Part shown: positions 46,845 to 57,167 of the stretch, piece after piece
Layout: each line of letters starts with the position of its first letter
How positions within the stretch are numbered: the first letter of the stretch is position 1
Assembly: GCA_963741955.1 (NCBI GenBank)
Contig: CAVUKB010000005.1
Coordinates: forward strand, 480,001-544,000
Origin: an uncultured Acidobacteriota bacterium
GTDB lineage: Bacteria; Acidobacteriota; Thermoanaerobaculia; Gp7-AA8
Length of the DNA: 64,000 nt
Direction: 5' to 3'
Position numbers and translations under genes: made by a program
Notes under the pieces: generated by a model
The model's input: the letters and a program-made list of their open reading frames with translations, nothing else
The model's database searches: none
Told to the model about the DNA's origin: nothing

Positions 46845-47423
46845 ATGGCAAAAACACCCCCACCGAAACCGCAGTCGACGGCCAGAGGCTTCGCAGCCGG
46901 ATTACTCGTCGCGGCACTGATCGTGGCGATCGGCCTCGCAGTGGTCTGGTTCGTCCGGCGAGGACAACCGCAACAAACCGAGCCCGGACCGATGGCGACC
47001 GCGACCCCTCCCGCTGCACCTGCGCCATCCCCGACCGTGCAGCTTCCTCCGCCACTCCCTCCGGAGCCGTCGGAAGCGGAGATGGAATCCGTGCAGCGCA
47101 TCCCTCCCCCCGAACTTCAACAGAAGCTCGCGGACGGAACGGCGATCGCGATCGACACCCGGGACGTCCAGTCGTACGAAGAAGGGCACATTCCGGGAGC
47201 GCTTCAGATTCCGCTCGGATTCGTCCAGGGTGAGGTCCCGTGGTTCCCGAAGGACAAACTGATCGTCACGTACTGTACGTGACCGCACGAAGAGACGAGC
47301 GCCCGTGCGGCGCTGATCATTCGCGACGGTGGACTGACGAACGTGGCGGCTTTGGGCGGCGGCTTCGACGCCTGGAGAGCGAATGGATTCCCGGTCGATA
47401 CCGGGCTTCCGCAAAAACAATAG
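46845..47423 (+). CDS. Membrane-anchored rhodanese-domain protein, probable selenoprotein (UGA at 47280-47282)
   Basis: TM + Pro-rich linker + IDTR..SYEEGHIPGA; the frame continues past the TGA as YCT*PHEETSARAA..GLTNVAALGGGFDAW...GFP to a TAG at 47421. Confidence 0.85.
47283..47314 (+). other. Candidate bacterial SECIS hairpin
   Basis: AGCGCC-CGTGC-GGCGCT (47298-47314), loop 21 nt after the UGA with G at loop position 2; alternative stem CCGCACG/CGTGCGG. Confidence 0.55.
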
Positions 47424-47641
47424 AGACCTGGCCCCGGATCAATCATGGCCCCGGATCATTCACGGGATTTCTGATGCGGAGCGCGACGAAATCCCTCGAA
47501 TAGTCCGGGCTGGGAGTCTGCGCGAGAGGAACGTCCTCGGGGCCTTTCCGTCTCTCGATCCGTCTGCTGTTTCAATCCGACTCTCGCCTCCCGGAGAATC
47601 GCACCCTAAATTGCTCGTGACGAGAACCGACGGAGGAATCG

Positions 47642-48757
47642 ATGTCCCCCAGCTCCGGCATCAGACGAATCGCCATCTCGACCGGCGGGGGCGATGCCCC
47701 CGGCCTGAACGCCGTGATCCGTGCCGCGGTTCTCGCCGCGTTGAACCGCGGCTGGCAGTGCGTCGGAATCCGCGACGGCTACAACGGACTCCTCCTCCCC
47801 GAGCAGTACGTCGGCGGGGGCCTGATTCCTCTCACCCGCGAGAGCGTGAGGGGGATCACTCCACTCGGTGGGACGATCCTCGGGACGACAAATCGTGGGA
47901 ATCCTCTCAAGTTCCCGGTCTGTGCCAGCGACGGGACGATGACGGAGGTCGACCGATGCGACGAGCTCGTACAGCTGTTCCGTCTGCACCAGATCGACGC
48001 GCTGATCTCGGTTGGCGGTGACGGGTCGCTCGGGATCGCCGCAGTCCTCGCGAACAAAGGGCTCCGCGTCGTCGGCGTGCCGAAGACCATCGACAATGAT
48101 CTCGACGGGACGGTGATCACGTTCGGCTTCGACACCGCGGTCGCGTTCGCGACCGAATCGATCGACCGGCTCCATTCCACCGCCGAAGCTCACAGAAGGG
48201 TGATGGTGGTCGAAGTGATGGGTCGCTACGCCGGTTGGATCGCGTTGAACGCCGGCGTCTCTGCGTCGGCGGACGCGATTCTGATTCCTGAGATCCCTTA
48301 CGATCTCGACATCGTGGCCAGGAGAATCCGCCGCTGCGAAGACGAAGGCCAGAAGCACGCGATCGTGGTGGTGGCGGAGGGTGCAAAGCCGAAGGGAGGA
48401 ACGATCTCTCTCGCCAGAGCGCGCGTGGCGGGCGCGGCGGAACGGCTGGGAGGAATCGGCGAGCACCTCACCGCGGATCTCGAGGCGCTGACCGGGCACG
48501 AAGCGCGTTGCGTGGTTCTCGGGCACCTCCTCCGCGGCGGTTCACCGAGTACGTTCGACCGGCTGCTCTCGCTCCGGTTCGGCGCCGCTGCGGTGCGGGC
48601 GCTCGAGGAGGGAGAGAGCGGAGTGATGGTCGCGCTCGACCCTCCGGTGGTGAAGTACGTTCCGCTGGAGGATGCGACCCGCAGGATGAAGACCGTCCCG
48701 CTCGACTGCGACTCGATCCGGACCGCCCGGGACGTGGGAATCTCGTTCGGCGACTGA
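47642..48757 (+). CDS. pfkA: 6-phosphofructokinase (PfkA family, probably ATP-dependent)
   Basis: TGGGDAPGLN, GGTILGT, GGDGS, PKTIDND, EVMGR, LGHLLRGG. Confidence 0.93.
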   Translation: MSPSSGIRRIAISTGGGDAPGLNAVIRAAVLAALNRGWQCVGIRDGYNGLLLPEQYVGGGLIPLTRESVRGITPLGGTILGTTNRGNPLKFPVCASDGTMTEVDRCDELVQLFRLHQIDALISVGGDGSLGIAAVLANKGLRVVGVPKTIDNDLDGTVITFGFDTAVAFATESIDRLHSTAEAHRRVMVVEVMGRYAGWIALNAGVSASADAILIPEIPYDLDIVARRIRRCEDEGQKHAIVVVAEGAKPKGGTISLARARVAGAAERLGGIGEHLTADLEALTGHEARCVVLGHLLRGGSPSTFDRLLSLRFGAAAVRALEEGESGVMVALDPPVVKYVPLEDATRRMKTVPLDCDSIRTARDVGISFGD

Positions 48758-48857
48758 GTTGCCTGCAGAATCGAACGACGTCGTCCTTCGCGCGAGTGAT
48801 CAAGGAGACGGCCAGGAGTCTGCGCGGTAGGAACGTCCTAACGCGCAGACGCCTGGC

Positions 48858-49463
48858 TCAACTCTGTCCCTTCCGCTTCAGTTTCACGACCCGGTAGACG
48901 TACCAGATGAAGAGGAGTCCGATCACGGCCCAGGTGATCGGCTGGACGTAATCGTGGATCTTCTTGAAGTGCTCGCCGAGCAATCGTCCACCCCATGCCA
49001 GAGCGGTGTTGAACGCGAAGGTCCCGACGAACGAGTAGAAGGCGAACGGTAGAAACGACATTTTCGAAAAGCCGGCCGGGATCGAGATGAATGTCCGGAT
49101 CGCAGGGATGAGGCGTCCGGTGAGGACCGCCAGGCCACCGTGCCTGTCGAACCACTTCTGAGCTTTGTCGAGATGCTTCGGCTCCATCGCCAGCCAGGCG
49201 CCGTGCCGCTGAACGAAGTGACGGAGTTTCTTCTGCGGAATCTTTCTTCCGACGACGTACCAGCCGAAGCTGCCGAGGTTCGCGCCGATGGTCCCGGCGA
49301 GGATCATGATCCAGACGGAATCGTGTCCGGCCGTGGAAAAGTAGCCGGCGAGAGGCATGATCAGTTCGGAGGGGATGAAGACGATGATGTTCTCGGCCAG
49401 CATCAGGACCGCAACCGCGAACCAGCCATGGGCCTCGACGAGCCCTGTAATCCAACCGCTCAC
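48858..49463 (-). CDS. DedA family membrane protein (start uncertain, may extend to 49493)
   Basis: ENI..FIPSELIMPLAG; WFDRHG..AV..GRLIP.IRTFISIPAG. Confidence 0.92.
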   Translation of the reverse strand: MSGWITGLVEAHGWFAVAVLMLAENIIVFIPSELIMPLAGYFSTAGHDSVWIMILAGTIGANLGSFGWYVVGRKIPQKKLRHFVQRHGAWLAMEPKHLDKAQKWFDRHGGLAVLTGRLIPAIRTFISIPAGFSKMSFLPFAFYSFVGTFAFNTALAWGGRLLGEHFKKIHDYVQPITWAVIGLLFIWYVYRVVKLKRKGQS

Positions 49464-49565
49464 GCCGCCACCGTCTGCCAGCGCTGTGCCCACTCGATGG
49501 GATGACGGAAGAACCTCAGTGTTATAGTCGTCGTAAATAGACTGAAGTCATTCACCGCGAAATCG

Positions 49566-49880
49566 ATGAAGAAACTCATTTTTCTGATCCTGGTCATCCT
49601 CGCGATAGCCTTCGTTGTAAAACGGAAGGTCGAGGAGTATTCGCACAACGAAATGGCCGTGAAGCAGTATCTGATCGACCGCTGTCAGGGCGACAGCCAC
49701 TGCGAGGACCAGACCGAAACGCAGTTCGGCGAGTGTTTCACCCACGCCTACGAATTCAGCGTAATTCCGGGGAGAGACCGCATCCGGACCACCACCCTCG
49801 CGAGCTGCCTCTCCGAAAGGCGCGACTGGTTCCACGACAACGATTACGAGCATCCGAAGCTCCCGTTCCCTGCCGATTAG
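49566..49880 (+). CDS. Small exported hypothetical protein with 4 Cys
   Basis: MKKLIFLILVILAIAFVV signal/anchor; 104 aa. Confidence 0.65.
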   Translation: MKKLIFLILVILAIAFVVKRKVEEYSHNEMAVKQYLIDRCQGDSHCEDQTETQFGECFTHAYEFSVIPGRDRIRTTTLASCLSERRDWFHDNDYEHPKLPFPAD

Positions 49881-50022
49881 CCCGGGCCAGCCCGCATTTC
49901 TCACATCGTCGCCGCTGCGTTCCGCCTCCTCTCGCGCGACTCTCCACCTCTTCGTCTCCGCACGAGGCCGTCACGCGGCGTTCCGGAATCCCCCTTGCAC
50001 GAACTTCGTGCAGGAGGAGCCG

Positions 50023-50925
50023 ATGAAGCGATGGTGGGGATATCTCAAAGAGACGGTGCACGAATTCTCGAAGGACAAATCACCCCGCCTCGCGGCTGCT
50101 CTCGCCTACTACACCCTCTTCTCCATCGCCCCCCTTCTGGTCATCGCCATTGCGATCGCCGGCTGGGTCTTCGGTCCGGCCGCGGCAGAGGGAAAGATCG
50201 TCGGCGAGCTGTCTCAGTTCCTCGGTCCGCGAGCGGCCTCGGGAATCCAGAACATGATCAAGGGGGCGAGTGACCAGCCGACCCAGGGGCTGATCGGAAC
50301 CATCATCGGCGTGGTCGTCCTCCTGTTCGGCGCATCGGGAGTGGTGACCCATCTGCAGGAGAGTCTCAACGCGATCTGGAACGTCCCCGAGTCGCAGAGC
50401 TCCGGGATCCTCGGGACGATCTGGCGAAGGCTCTGGTCGCTGGCGATGGTGCTCGCGATCGGTTTTCTCCTTCTCGTGTCGCTCCTTCTGAGCGCGGCGA
50501 TCTCTGCGCTCGGAACCTGGTTCCAGCAGGCCGTCGGTGTTCCTCAGTGGGTCTGGTTCATGGCCAACATCGTGATCTCGTTCGGAGTGATCACGCTGCT
50601 TTTCGCGCTCCTCTACAAGGTGATCCCGGAAGCGGATATCGAGTGGAGCGACGTCTGGGGCGGCGCGGTATTCACATCGCTGCTGTTCATCGTGGGAAAG
50701 TTTCTGATCGGGCTTTATCTCGGACAGTCGAGCGTCGCCTCCTCGTACGGCGCGGCCGGCTCGATCGTGATCGTCCTGATCTGGCTTTACTATTCGGGCC
50801 TGATCCTCTTCTTCGGCGCGGAGTTCACCGAGGTATGGGCGCGGCACCGGCACGGCCTCGGCTCCAGGGAGGAACGGGGATTGTCAGGGCTCGGGCGCGC
50901 AACTCCGGGGCCGCCACGGCGCTGA
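50023..50925 (+). CDS. YihY/virulence factor BrkB family membrane protein
   Basis: RLAAALAYYTLFSIAPLL; LNAIW; YGAAGS..V.LIWLYYS..I.FFGAE; RBS AGGAGG. Confidence 0.93.
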   Translation: MKRWWGYLKETVHEFSKDKSPRLAAALAYYTLFSIAPLLVIAIAIAGWVFGPAAAEGKIVGELSQFLGPRAASGIQNMIKGASDQPTQGLIGTIIGVVVLLFGASGVVTHLQESLNAIWNVPESQSSGILGTIWRRLWSLAMVLAIGFLLLVSLLLSAAISALGTWFQQAVGVPQWVWFMANIVISFGVITLLFALLYKVIPEADIEWSDVWGGAVFTSLLFIVGKFLIGLYLGQSSVASSYGAAGSIVIVLIWLYYSGLILFFGAEFTEVWARHRHGLGSREERGLSGLGRATPGPPRR

Positions 50926-51085
50926 CCCCGACGGCTTTCCCCGTCGGTCTTCCACACCCCCGAAGCGCTGTCATCCTCTTCGTATGCACGCTCTCTCCGG
51001 CGCCGCATTTCCGGATGATTCGGAATTTTCGCTCGCCTCCCGTTTCGGAATAGATCAGTCTCGTCTGTTATTTTGACGTTCGACG

Positions 51086-51916
51086 ATGATGGGTCTTCGG
51101 TCCTCCCACCACCGCCGAAGCAGAGAATCGGTTTCTTCACGCTCTCGCGTGGTTCCGCGAAGCTTCAGGCGGTTTCATGCGCCCCTCGCTGCAGCTGGGG
51201 TCGCTGCGGTTCTCGTGACCGCGGCGCCTCTTCTCGTGGCTGCCCCGGCCCCGGGGAGTCGATCCGCCGATGCTGCCACGCAGGTCTCGAGCTCCCTCGT
51301 CGAGAGGCTGGTTCGTCAGGCTCCCGGTCTGAAGCCGGAAGTACTCCGCCTCGCCCTCGAGTCCGCGGGAAGAGCGGCGGAGAGGGGGCTGGTCCGGCGT
51401 ACCGACCTTCTGACGGTGATCGACTATTCGATCCCATCCACGAAGCCGCGTCTCTTCGTCTTCGACCTCTCCTCCCGCAAGCTTCTGTTCCGGGAACTGG
51501 TCGCTCATGGGAAGAACAGCGGAGGGAACGTTCCGACGCAGTTCTCCAATCGTTCCGGAAGTCTCGAATCGAGCCTCGGACTGTTCGTGACGGATTCGCC
51601 CTACTACGGGAAGAACGGTTATTCGCTTCGTCTCGACGGGTTGGAAGAGGGCGTCAACGATCGCGCGCGCTCCCGCGCCATCGTGGTTCACGGAGCGTCC
51701 TATGTGAGCAAATCCACCTCGCGCGCCATCGGCCGGCTCGGAAGAAGCTGGGGATGTCCCGCGGTCCGCACCAGCGTGGCCCGGAAGCTGATCGATACTC
51801 TGAAAGGCGGCTCTCCGATCTTCGCGTACTATCCGGATCACGACTGGCTGGCCTCTTCGCGATTCCTCGATCGCGATGGAGCCACGGTCAGCACCTTTCT
51901 CGCCGCGGCGCGTTGA
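51086..51916 (+). CDS. Murein L,D-transpeptidase (YkuD_2-like); start uncertain
   Basis: IDYS.PS...RL.VFDL; VAHGKNSG; SSLG; IVVHGA.YV; GRSWGCPAV. Confidence 0.9.
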   Translation: MMGLRSSHHRRSRESVSSRSRVVPRSFRRFHAPLAAAGVAAVLVTAAPLLVAAPAPGSRSADAATQVSSSLVERLVRQAPGLKPEVLRLALESAGRAAERGLVRRTDLLTVIDYSIPSTKPRLFVFDLSSRKLLFRELVAHGKNSGGNVPTQFSNRSGSLESSLGLFVTDSPYYGKNGYSLRLDGLEEGVNDRARSRAIVVHGASYVSKSTSRAIGRLGRSWGCPAVRTSVARKLIDTLKGGSPIFAYYPDHDWLASSRFLDRDGATVSTFLAAAR

Positions 51917-52163
51917 CCCGGCGACGGTCTCCTCCGCCACCCTCCCGACTCGGAAAGTCGCGTACGCACCGAATCACCAAACGCCGAAATCCGTCCGAGG
52001 ATCGTGTCGACCGCGATCAGGAGCGAGAGTGCGGACTCCCGCGGGGCGAACCCGGCCCGTCGCAGCCGCGAGAAGCGATGCCCCTGGCGGTACACTACGT
52101 GCAGGATGCCCGGCATCGTCGTTGCTCGACCGAGCAACGACTACACTGCCTGACGGAGCCCGA

Positions 52164-52775
52164 ATGCAGGACCCTCGCGACTATCACTTCGCTCTTCCTC
52201 CCTGGTACGGACCGGCGCCTGACGAACCTCCCGCAGAGCCGTATCCCGGGGTCGACGCGGTCCTTCCGTACTGCACCAGTTCCCGTGACGAACACTACGA
52301 TGGAATCATCCGCGCAATCGTCATCCACGCGACGGCCGAACCGAATTCCGAAATCTCGATGGGCGCGATGTTCTCCCACCGGGCGAGCTTTCACTGGCTC
52401 GTGCCCGGCCCGCGGGAAGCCGAGCATGGCCGCTTTTCCTGGAGGTGCGTCCCCGAGAATCTCGCGGCATGGCACGTCCGGAACAGCCGCAGCCATCCCG
52501 AGCTCTGGAACGGTCATCGATTCGTGAACTCATGGAGCATCGGAATCGAGGTCGTGAATATCCAGGACGGCGTCGAACCGTTCACCGAGTGGCAGGTGGA
52601 GCAGACCGCGGCTCTGGTACGCAGCGCGTGGAGCCGCCACCCGCAGATCCACGACGTGATCAGCCACGCGCGCCTCGATCCCGAGCGAAGAACCGATCCG
52701 GGGCCACAGTTCCCGTGGGACCGCTTCCGCGATCTCGTGCTCGCCAGAGACGAGGAGGAGATCGCGAACGCCTGA
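52164..52775 (+). CDS. N-acetylmuramoyl-L-alanine amidase (Amidase_2/AmpD-like)
   Basis: IVIHAT, ASFHW, AWHV, NSWSIGIEVVN, SH...RRTDPGPQFPW. Confidence 0.9.
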   Translation: MQDPRDYHFALPPWYGPAPDEPPAEPYPGVDAVLPYCTSSRDEHYDGIIRAIVIHATAEPNSEISMGAMFSHRASFHWLVPGPREAEHGRFSWRCVPENLAAWHVRNSRSHPELWNGHRFVNSWSIGIEVVNIQDGVEPFTEWQVEQTAALVRSAWSRHPQIHDVISHARLDPERRTDPGPQFPWDRFRDLVLARDEEEIANA

Positions 52776-52820
52776 TATCATGAGGGCCGGCACCCCGGAA
52801 TATCATCGCGCGAGGCAACG

Positions 52821-53465
52821 ATGACAGTCCGTCCGACATCCGAATCCGCATCGTCGATCCCGACCCTCTCGCTGAGTGCTCTTTTCGCGGCGCTCCCCGA
52901 TTTCGCCCTCGCAGGGACATTTCTCATCACCTGGATCCGCCCGGAGACGTTCGGAGTGGAGCTCGTGGGGCGACTGGTGACGCTGCTTCTCCTCGAGTTC
53001 ATCACCATCCATTCGGCGGCGTTCATGGGAATGGCGATGATGAGCCGCCGAGCCTCGCGAACCAAACGGGTCGGCGGCATTCTCTTTCTGACCGCCTTCT
53101 ATTCGCTCTTCGCCGGTGCGTTCTCGTTTTTTGCTCGTTCGTGGTGGCCGATTCTCAGCTTCTGGGGGCTGGTGGGAAATCGCCTCCTGCAGGTTCTGAT
53201 CGGACGGGTTCCGGAAGGGCGGGAGCAGGACGCGGTCATTGCAGGATGGGGGATCACCGGTGCTCTCTACGTCATCTGCGTATTCATCGTGACCATCGCC
53301 CCGATTCCCTCGCTCGGGGTCTCCCCGTCGGTGGTCGCCGCGCAGCATTTCTCCGCGACCGGGATTTGGATCGAACAGCCGTGGCGACCGCTCGCGGGCG
53401 GATTTCTCTACTATCTCCTGGTCGGCTGGAGTGAACTGAAGATGCAGCGCTTCAACGCGGCGTGA
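52821..53465 (+). CDS. Hypothetical multi-pass membrane protein
   Basis: About 6 hydrophobic segments; LEFITIHS motif. Confidence 0.7.
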   Translation: MTVRPTSESASSIPTLSLSALFAALPDFALAGTFLITWIRPETFGVELVGRLVTLLLLEFITIHSAAFMGMAMMSRRASRTKRVGGILFLTAFYSLFAGAFSFFARSWWPILSFWGLVGNRLLQVLIGRVPEGREQDAVIAGWGITGALYVICVFIVTIAPIPSLGVSPSVVAAQHFSATGIWIEQPWRPLAGGFLYYLLVGWSELKMQRFNAA

Positions 53466-53484
53466 GGAACCGTTCGGCAAAGCA

Positions 53485-53510
53485 AAAGGCCACGGGATCC
53501 CGTGGCCTTT
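53485..53510. terminator. Bidirectional terminator between convergent genes
   Basis: AAAGGCCACGGG-AT-CCCGTGGCCTTT. Confidence 0.8.
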
Positions 53511-53545
53511 CTGAGCTCCGCACTCGGGCGATCCGAGTGACGATC

Positions 53546-54973
53546 TTACTGTTCGACTTCTGATCCTAGCGCGCGCCGCAGGGCGAGCGCCAGCGCTCCG
53601 CCACCCGACGCGCTCTGCTCGGCAGCACGGGTCTCCTGAACGTACTTCTGGTAATCGCGGTGCGACGCCTCGTCCTTCGCCGCTTCGTGGCTGAGACTGA
53701 TGCGACGCCGGTTGGTGTCGAGCGAGAGGATCTTCACCGAGAGCTTCTGTCCCGGCTGGTGGACCCGCGAAGCATCGCTTCCGGGCGGAATGGAGAGCTC
53801 GGAGTTCGGGATCAGGCCGGTCAGGCCCGGTTCCAGCTCGACGAATACGCCGGGACCACCCGCACGCTCGACCGTTCCTTCGATGACTTTGCCGTAGTGA
53901 TAGCGGCTCTCGATGTTCTCCCACGGATCATTCACCGCGACTTCGCGCATGGCCAGAGATATCCGGCGGCGGTCGGCGTCGACCTCGCGGATCCAGCCGC
54001 GGATGACGGAACCAGCGGCGACGGAGGGGTCGTCCATCTTCATTCCGAGAGGAAGCTGGGAAACGTGCACCAGGCCATCGATGCCCGGCTCGAGCTCGAC
54101 GAAGAATCCGAATTCCGTGCTGCGAGCGACCGTACCGGTAAACGGCTCGCCTGGAACGAAGCGCTCCGCCACCGATTCCCATGGATCCGGCTCGAGATCC
54201 TTCATGGAGAGCGAGATTCGCTTTCCGTTGTTCTCGATCTTGATCACTTTGACGGTGACTTCCTGGCCGGCTGTTACGACCTCGTTCGGGTCGTTGACGC
54301 GGCGGCGGCTCAACTCGGAGACGTGGACGAGCCCTTCGAGCCCGCCGAGGTCGACGAACGCACCGAACGGAACGATGTTCTTGATCCGACCGGTCAGCTC
54401 CGCCCCGATCTCCAACCGCTCCCGCACTTCGTCGGCGCGCGCTGCGGCTTCTTCCTTCATCAGCTGAGCGCGGGAGACGACGAATTTCCGTCCGTTCTCC
54501 GAATACTCGGTGATCCGGAACTCGAAGGTCTTCCCGACGAACGAGTCAGGATCTTCGATTTTTCCGAGGGCGATCTGGGAGAGCGGACAGAAGGCGCGGT
54601 TGCCGTTGACGTTCACGTCGAAGCCGCCCTTGTTTCGTCCGCTGACTTTCCCTTCGACTGCCAGGCGATTCTCGAAAGCCCCGCGCAGCGCCTCGGCAGT
54701 CGCCTGCCGGATCAGCATCTGCCGCGAGAGCCGAACCATGGCTCCAGTCTGGATGACGGTCGCCTCGACCTCGTCTCCGACATCCACTCCTTCTTCGAGC
54801 TCTGAAACGGCGATCACCGCCTCGGTCGGCCCACCAAAAGCCACGTATGCGTCGTCACCCGAGATGGAAACGATGGAGCCCTTCAGTACGTCGCCCTGCT
54901 GGGGCTGATTGAAGTTGAGGCTGGCTTCCAGTGCTTCCGCGAAGTTCTCGGCGTGATCTCTAGATTGATCCAT
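53546..54973 (-). CDS. RpsA-like multi-S1-domain RNA-binding protein (475 aa)
   Basis: Repeated FGAFV.L..G..GLVHVSEL / RISLS S1 motifs; about 5 domains, shorter than a typical 6-domain S1, so possibly a paralog. Confidence 0.85.
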   Translation of the reverse strand: MDQSRDHAENFAEALEASLNFNQPQQGDVLKGSIVSISGDDAYVAFGGPTEAVIAVSELEEGVDVGDEVEATVIQTGAMVRLSRQMLIRQATAEALRGAFENRLAVEGKVSGRNKGGFDVNVNGNRAFCPLSQIALGKIEDPDSFVGKTFEFRITEYSENGRKFVVSRAQLMKEEAAARADEVRERLEIGAELTGRIKNIVPFGAFVDLGGLEGLVHVSELSRRRVNDPNEVVTAGQEVTVKVIKIENNGKRISLSMKDLEPDPWESVAERFVPGEPFTGTVARSTEFGFFVELEPGIDGLVHVSQLPLGMKMDDPSVAAGSVIRGWIREVDADRRRISLAMREVAVNDPWENIESRYHYGKVIEGTVERAGGPGVFVELEPGLTGLIPNSELSIPPGSDASRVHQPGQKLSVKILSLDTNRRRISLSHEAAKDEASHRDYQKYVQETRAAEQSASGGGALALALRRALGSEVEQ

Positions 54974-55218
54974 GTATGAAACCTTCTTCTCTGTTCTTGG
55001 ATTTTTCGCTCGGTCCCTGAGATCGGGATGGGGTGCGTAGTGTACCCGAAAACCGGGCGAGAGGAAACGGCGCTAGCCAGTGACCTCAACGCCACGAAAG
55101 CATCGATGATTCCGTCTCCGGGATCAGCGTCATCGGTCACGCTGACCTGTGACGACGCGGCAACAAATTTCCTCCCTCTCAGCGCGTAGAATCGCGAAGA
55201 CTTCGGGAGGTCAGAACG

Positions 55219-57138
55219 ATGAAGAGACTCGTCATTTCCACTTTCGCGCTCCTGTTCGTCGTGACGCTCGCACCTGCTCAGGTGCCCGAGAGTATCGTCA
55301 CGCGCAATGTCCCCGAGATTTCACCGACCCTCGCACAGAACGTCGTCCCCTACCTCGAGTACCGATCCGCGTCGTTCCGCGACTGGCATCCGACCCGCCG
55401 GGAGATGCTCATCTCGACACGATTCGCCGACACACCTCAGATCCATCTCCTCCGCACACCTCTCGGCGCACGGCGCCAGCTCACGTTCTACGCAGACCGG
55501 GTCGGAGGAGCGGTCTACCAGCCGAAATCCGGCGACTACTTCGTCTTTTCGAAAGACACCGGCGGCGGTGAGTTCTACCAGATCTACCGGTACGATCTCC
55601 ACTCCGGCCAGGTCACGCTCCTGACGGACGGAAAATCGCGGAACGGGATCAACCGCTTCTCCCGCGACGGGAAGTGGCTCGCCTACGCTTCGACCCGCCG
55701 CAACGGTCGCGATTCCGACATCCGGCTGATCGATCCGGTTCACCCCGAGACCGACCGGATGTTCCTGCAGCTCGAAGGAGGCGGCTGGGGCGTCGCCGAT
55801 TTCTCCCCGGACGGGACGAAGCTCGCCGTCGGCAAGTACATCTCGGCGAATCAGAGCGTGCTTTACCTCGCAGACTTCGCGACCGGAAAGCTCGAGCGCC
55901 TCACGCCGGAAGGGAAAGTCCTCTATGGCGGCGCGCGCTTCTCTGCCGACGGAAAGTCGATCTTCCTCACCACCGACGCATCGTCGGAGTTCTCGCAACT
56001 CGCCCGCCTCGATCTGGCTACTCGCCGGTTCACGCCTCTGACTCCAAACCTCCAGTGGGATGTGGACGAGTTCGAGCTCTCGCCCGACGGAAGCCGCCTT
56101 GCGTTCGTGACGAACGAGGATGGTGTCGGCGTGCTGCACATGCTCGACACGCAAAGCGGTCACGAGGTGCCTGCACCGCGGCTTCCGATCGGCACGGTCC
56201 GCGGCCTCTCCTGGCATCCGGCCGGGAACGATCTTGCCTTCACTCTCACTTCCGCGAAATCTCCCTCCGACGTTTTCTCGGTCGAGGTTTCATCCGGAAA
56301 ACTCGAACGATGGACCTCCAGTGAGACCGGAGGGCTCGACACGAGCCGGAACGTCGAACCGGAGCTGGTCCACATGAAGAGCTTCGACGGCGTCGAGATC
56401 TCGGCATTCGTCTACCGCCCGGATCCTGCGAAGTTCCCCGGTGCCCGTCCCGCGATCATCAGCATTCACGGAGGCCCGGAGGGGCAGTATCAGCCCGGAT
56501 TCCTCGGGCGGAACAACTACTTCCTGAACGAGATGGGGATCGCGCTGGTCTACCCGAACGTGCGTGGGTCGAGCGGATACGGGAAGACGTATCTGACTCT
56601 CGACAACGGTTTCAAGCGCGAGGACTCCGTGCGCGACATCGGCACGGTCATCGACTGGGCCAGGACCGATCCGAAGCTCGACGGCGCCAGGATCGCGGTG
56701 ATGGGAGGGAGCTACGGAGGCTACATGACTCTCGCCAGCCTCACTCACTACAGCGACAGGCTCCGCGCCGGCGTCGACGTGGTCGGAATCTCGAACTTCG
56801 TAACGTTCCTCAAGAACACCCAGGATTACCGGCGTGACCTGCGCCGCGTCGAGTACGGCGACGAGCGCGAACCGAAAATGAACGAGTTCCTCCAGAAAGT
56901 CTCACCGTTGACGAACGTGGCGAAGATCCGTGTTCCTCTGATGGTGGTCCAGGGATTCAACGATCCCCGTGTCCCCTACACCGAGTCCGAGCAGATCGTG
57001 AAGGCGGTCGGCGAGAGCGGCCTGCCGGTCTGGTACATCATGGCGAAGGACGAGGGACACGGCTTCGGCAAGAAGGTCAACGCCGACTACCAGTTCCTCG
57101 CGACGATCGCGTTCCTCCAGGAACACCTGCTGAAGTAG
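55219..57138 (+). CDS. Exported S9 (prolyl oligopeptidase/acylaminoacyl peptidase) family peptidase
   Basis: Signal peptide; beta-propeller repeats (FSPDG); HGGPE, GGSYGG, NDPRV, DEGHGF. Confidence 0.95.
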   Translation: MKRLVISTFALLFVVTLAPAQVPESIVTRNVPEISPTLAQNVVPYLEYRSASFRDWHPTRREMLISTRFADTPQIHLLRTPLGARRQLTFYADRVGGAVYQPKSGDYFVFSKDTGGGEFYQIYRYDLHSGQVTLLTDGKSRNGINRFSRDGKWLAYASTRRNGRDSDIRLIDPVHPETDRMFLQLEGGGWGVADFSPDGTKLAVGKYISANQSVLYLADFATGKLERLTPEGKVLYGGARFSADGKSIFLTTDASSEFSQLARLDLATRRFTPLTPNLQWDVDEFELSPDGSRLAFVTNEDGVGVLHMLDTQSGHEVPAPRLPIGTVRGLSWHPAGNDLAFTLTSAKSPSDVFSVEVSSGKLERWTSSETGGLDTSRNVEPELVHMKSFDGVEISAFVYRPDPAKFPGARPAIISIHGGPEGQYQPGFLGRNNYFLNEMGIALVYPNVRGSSGYGKTYLTLDNGFKREDSVRDIGTVIDWARTDPKLDGARIAVMGGSYGGYMTLASLTHYSDRLRAGVDVVGISNFVTFLKNTQDYRRDLRRVEYGDEREPKMNEFLQKVSPLTNVAKIRVPLMVVQGFNDPRVPYTESEQIVKAVGESGLPVWYIMAKDEGHGFGKKVNADYQFLATIAFLQEHLLK

Positions 57139-57167
57139 ATGGAAGGAAGGGACGAATCCGCGAGGTA

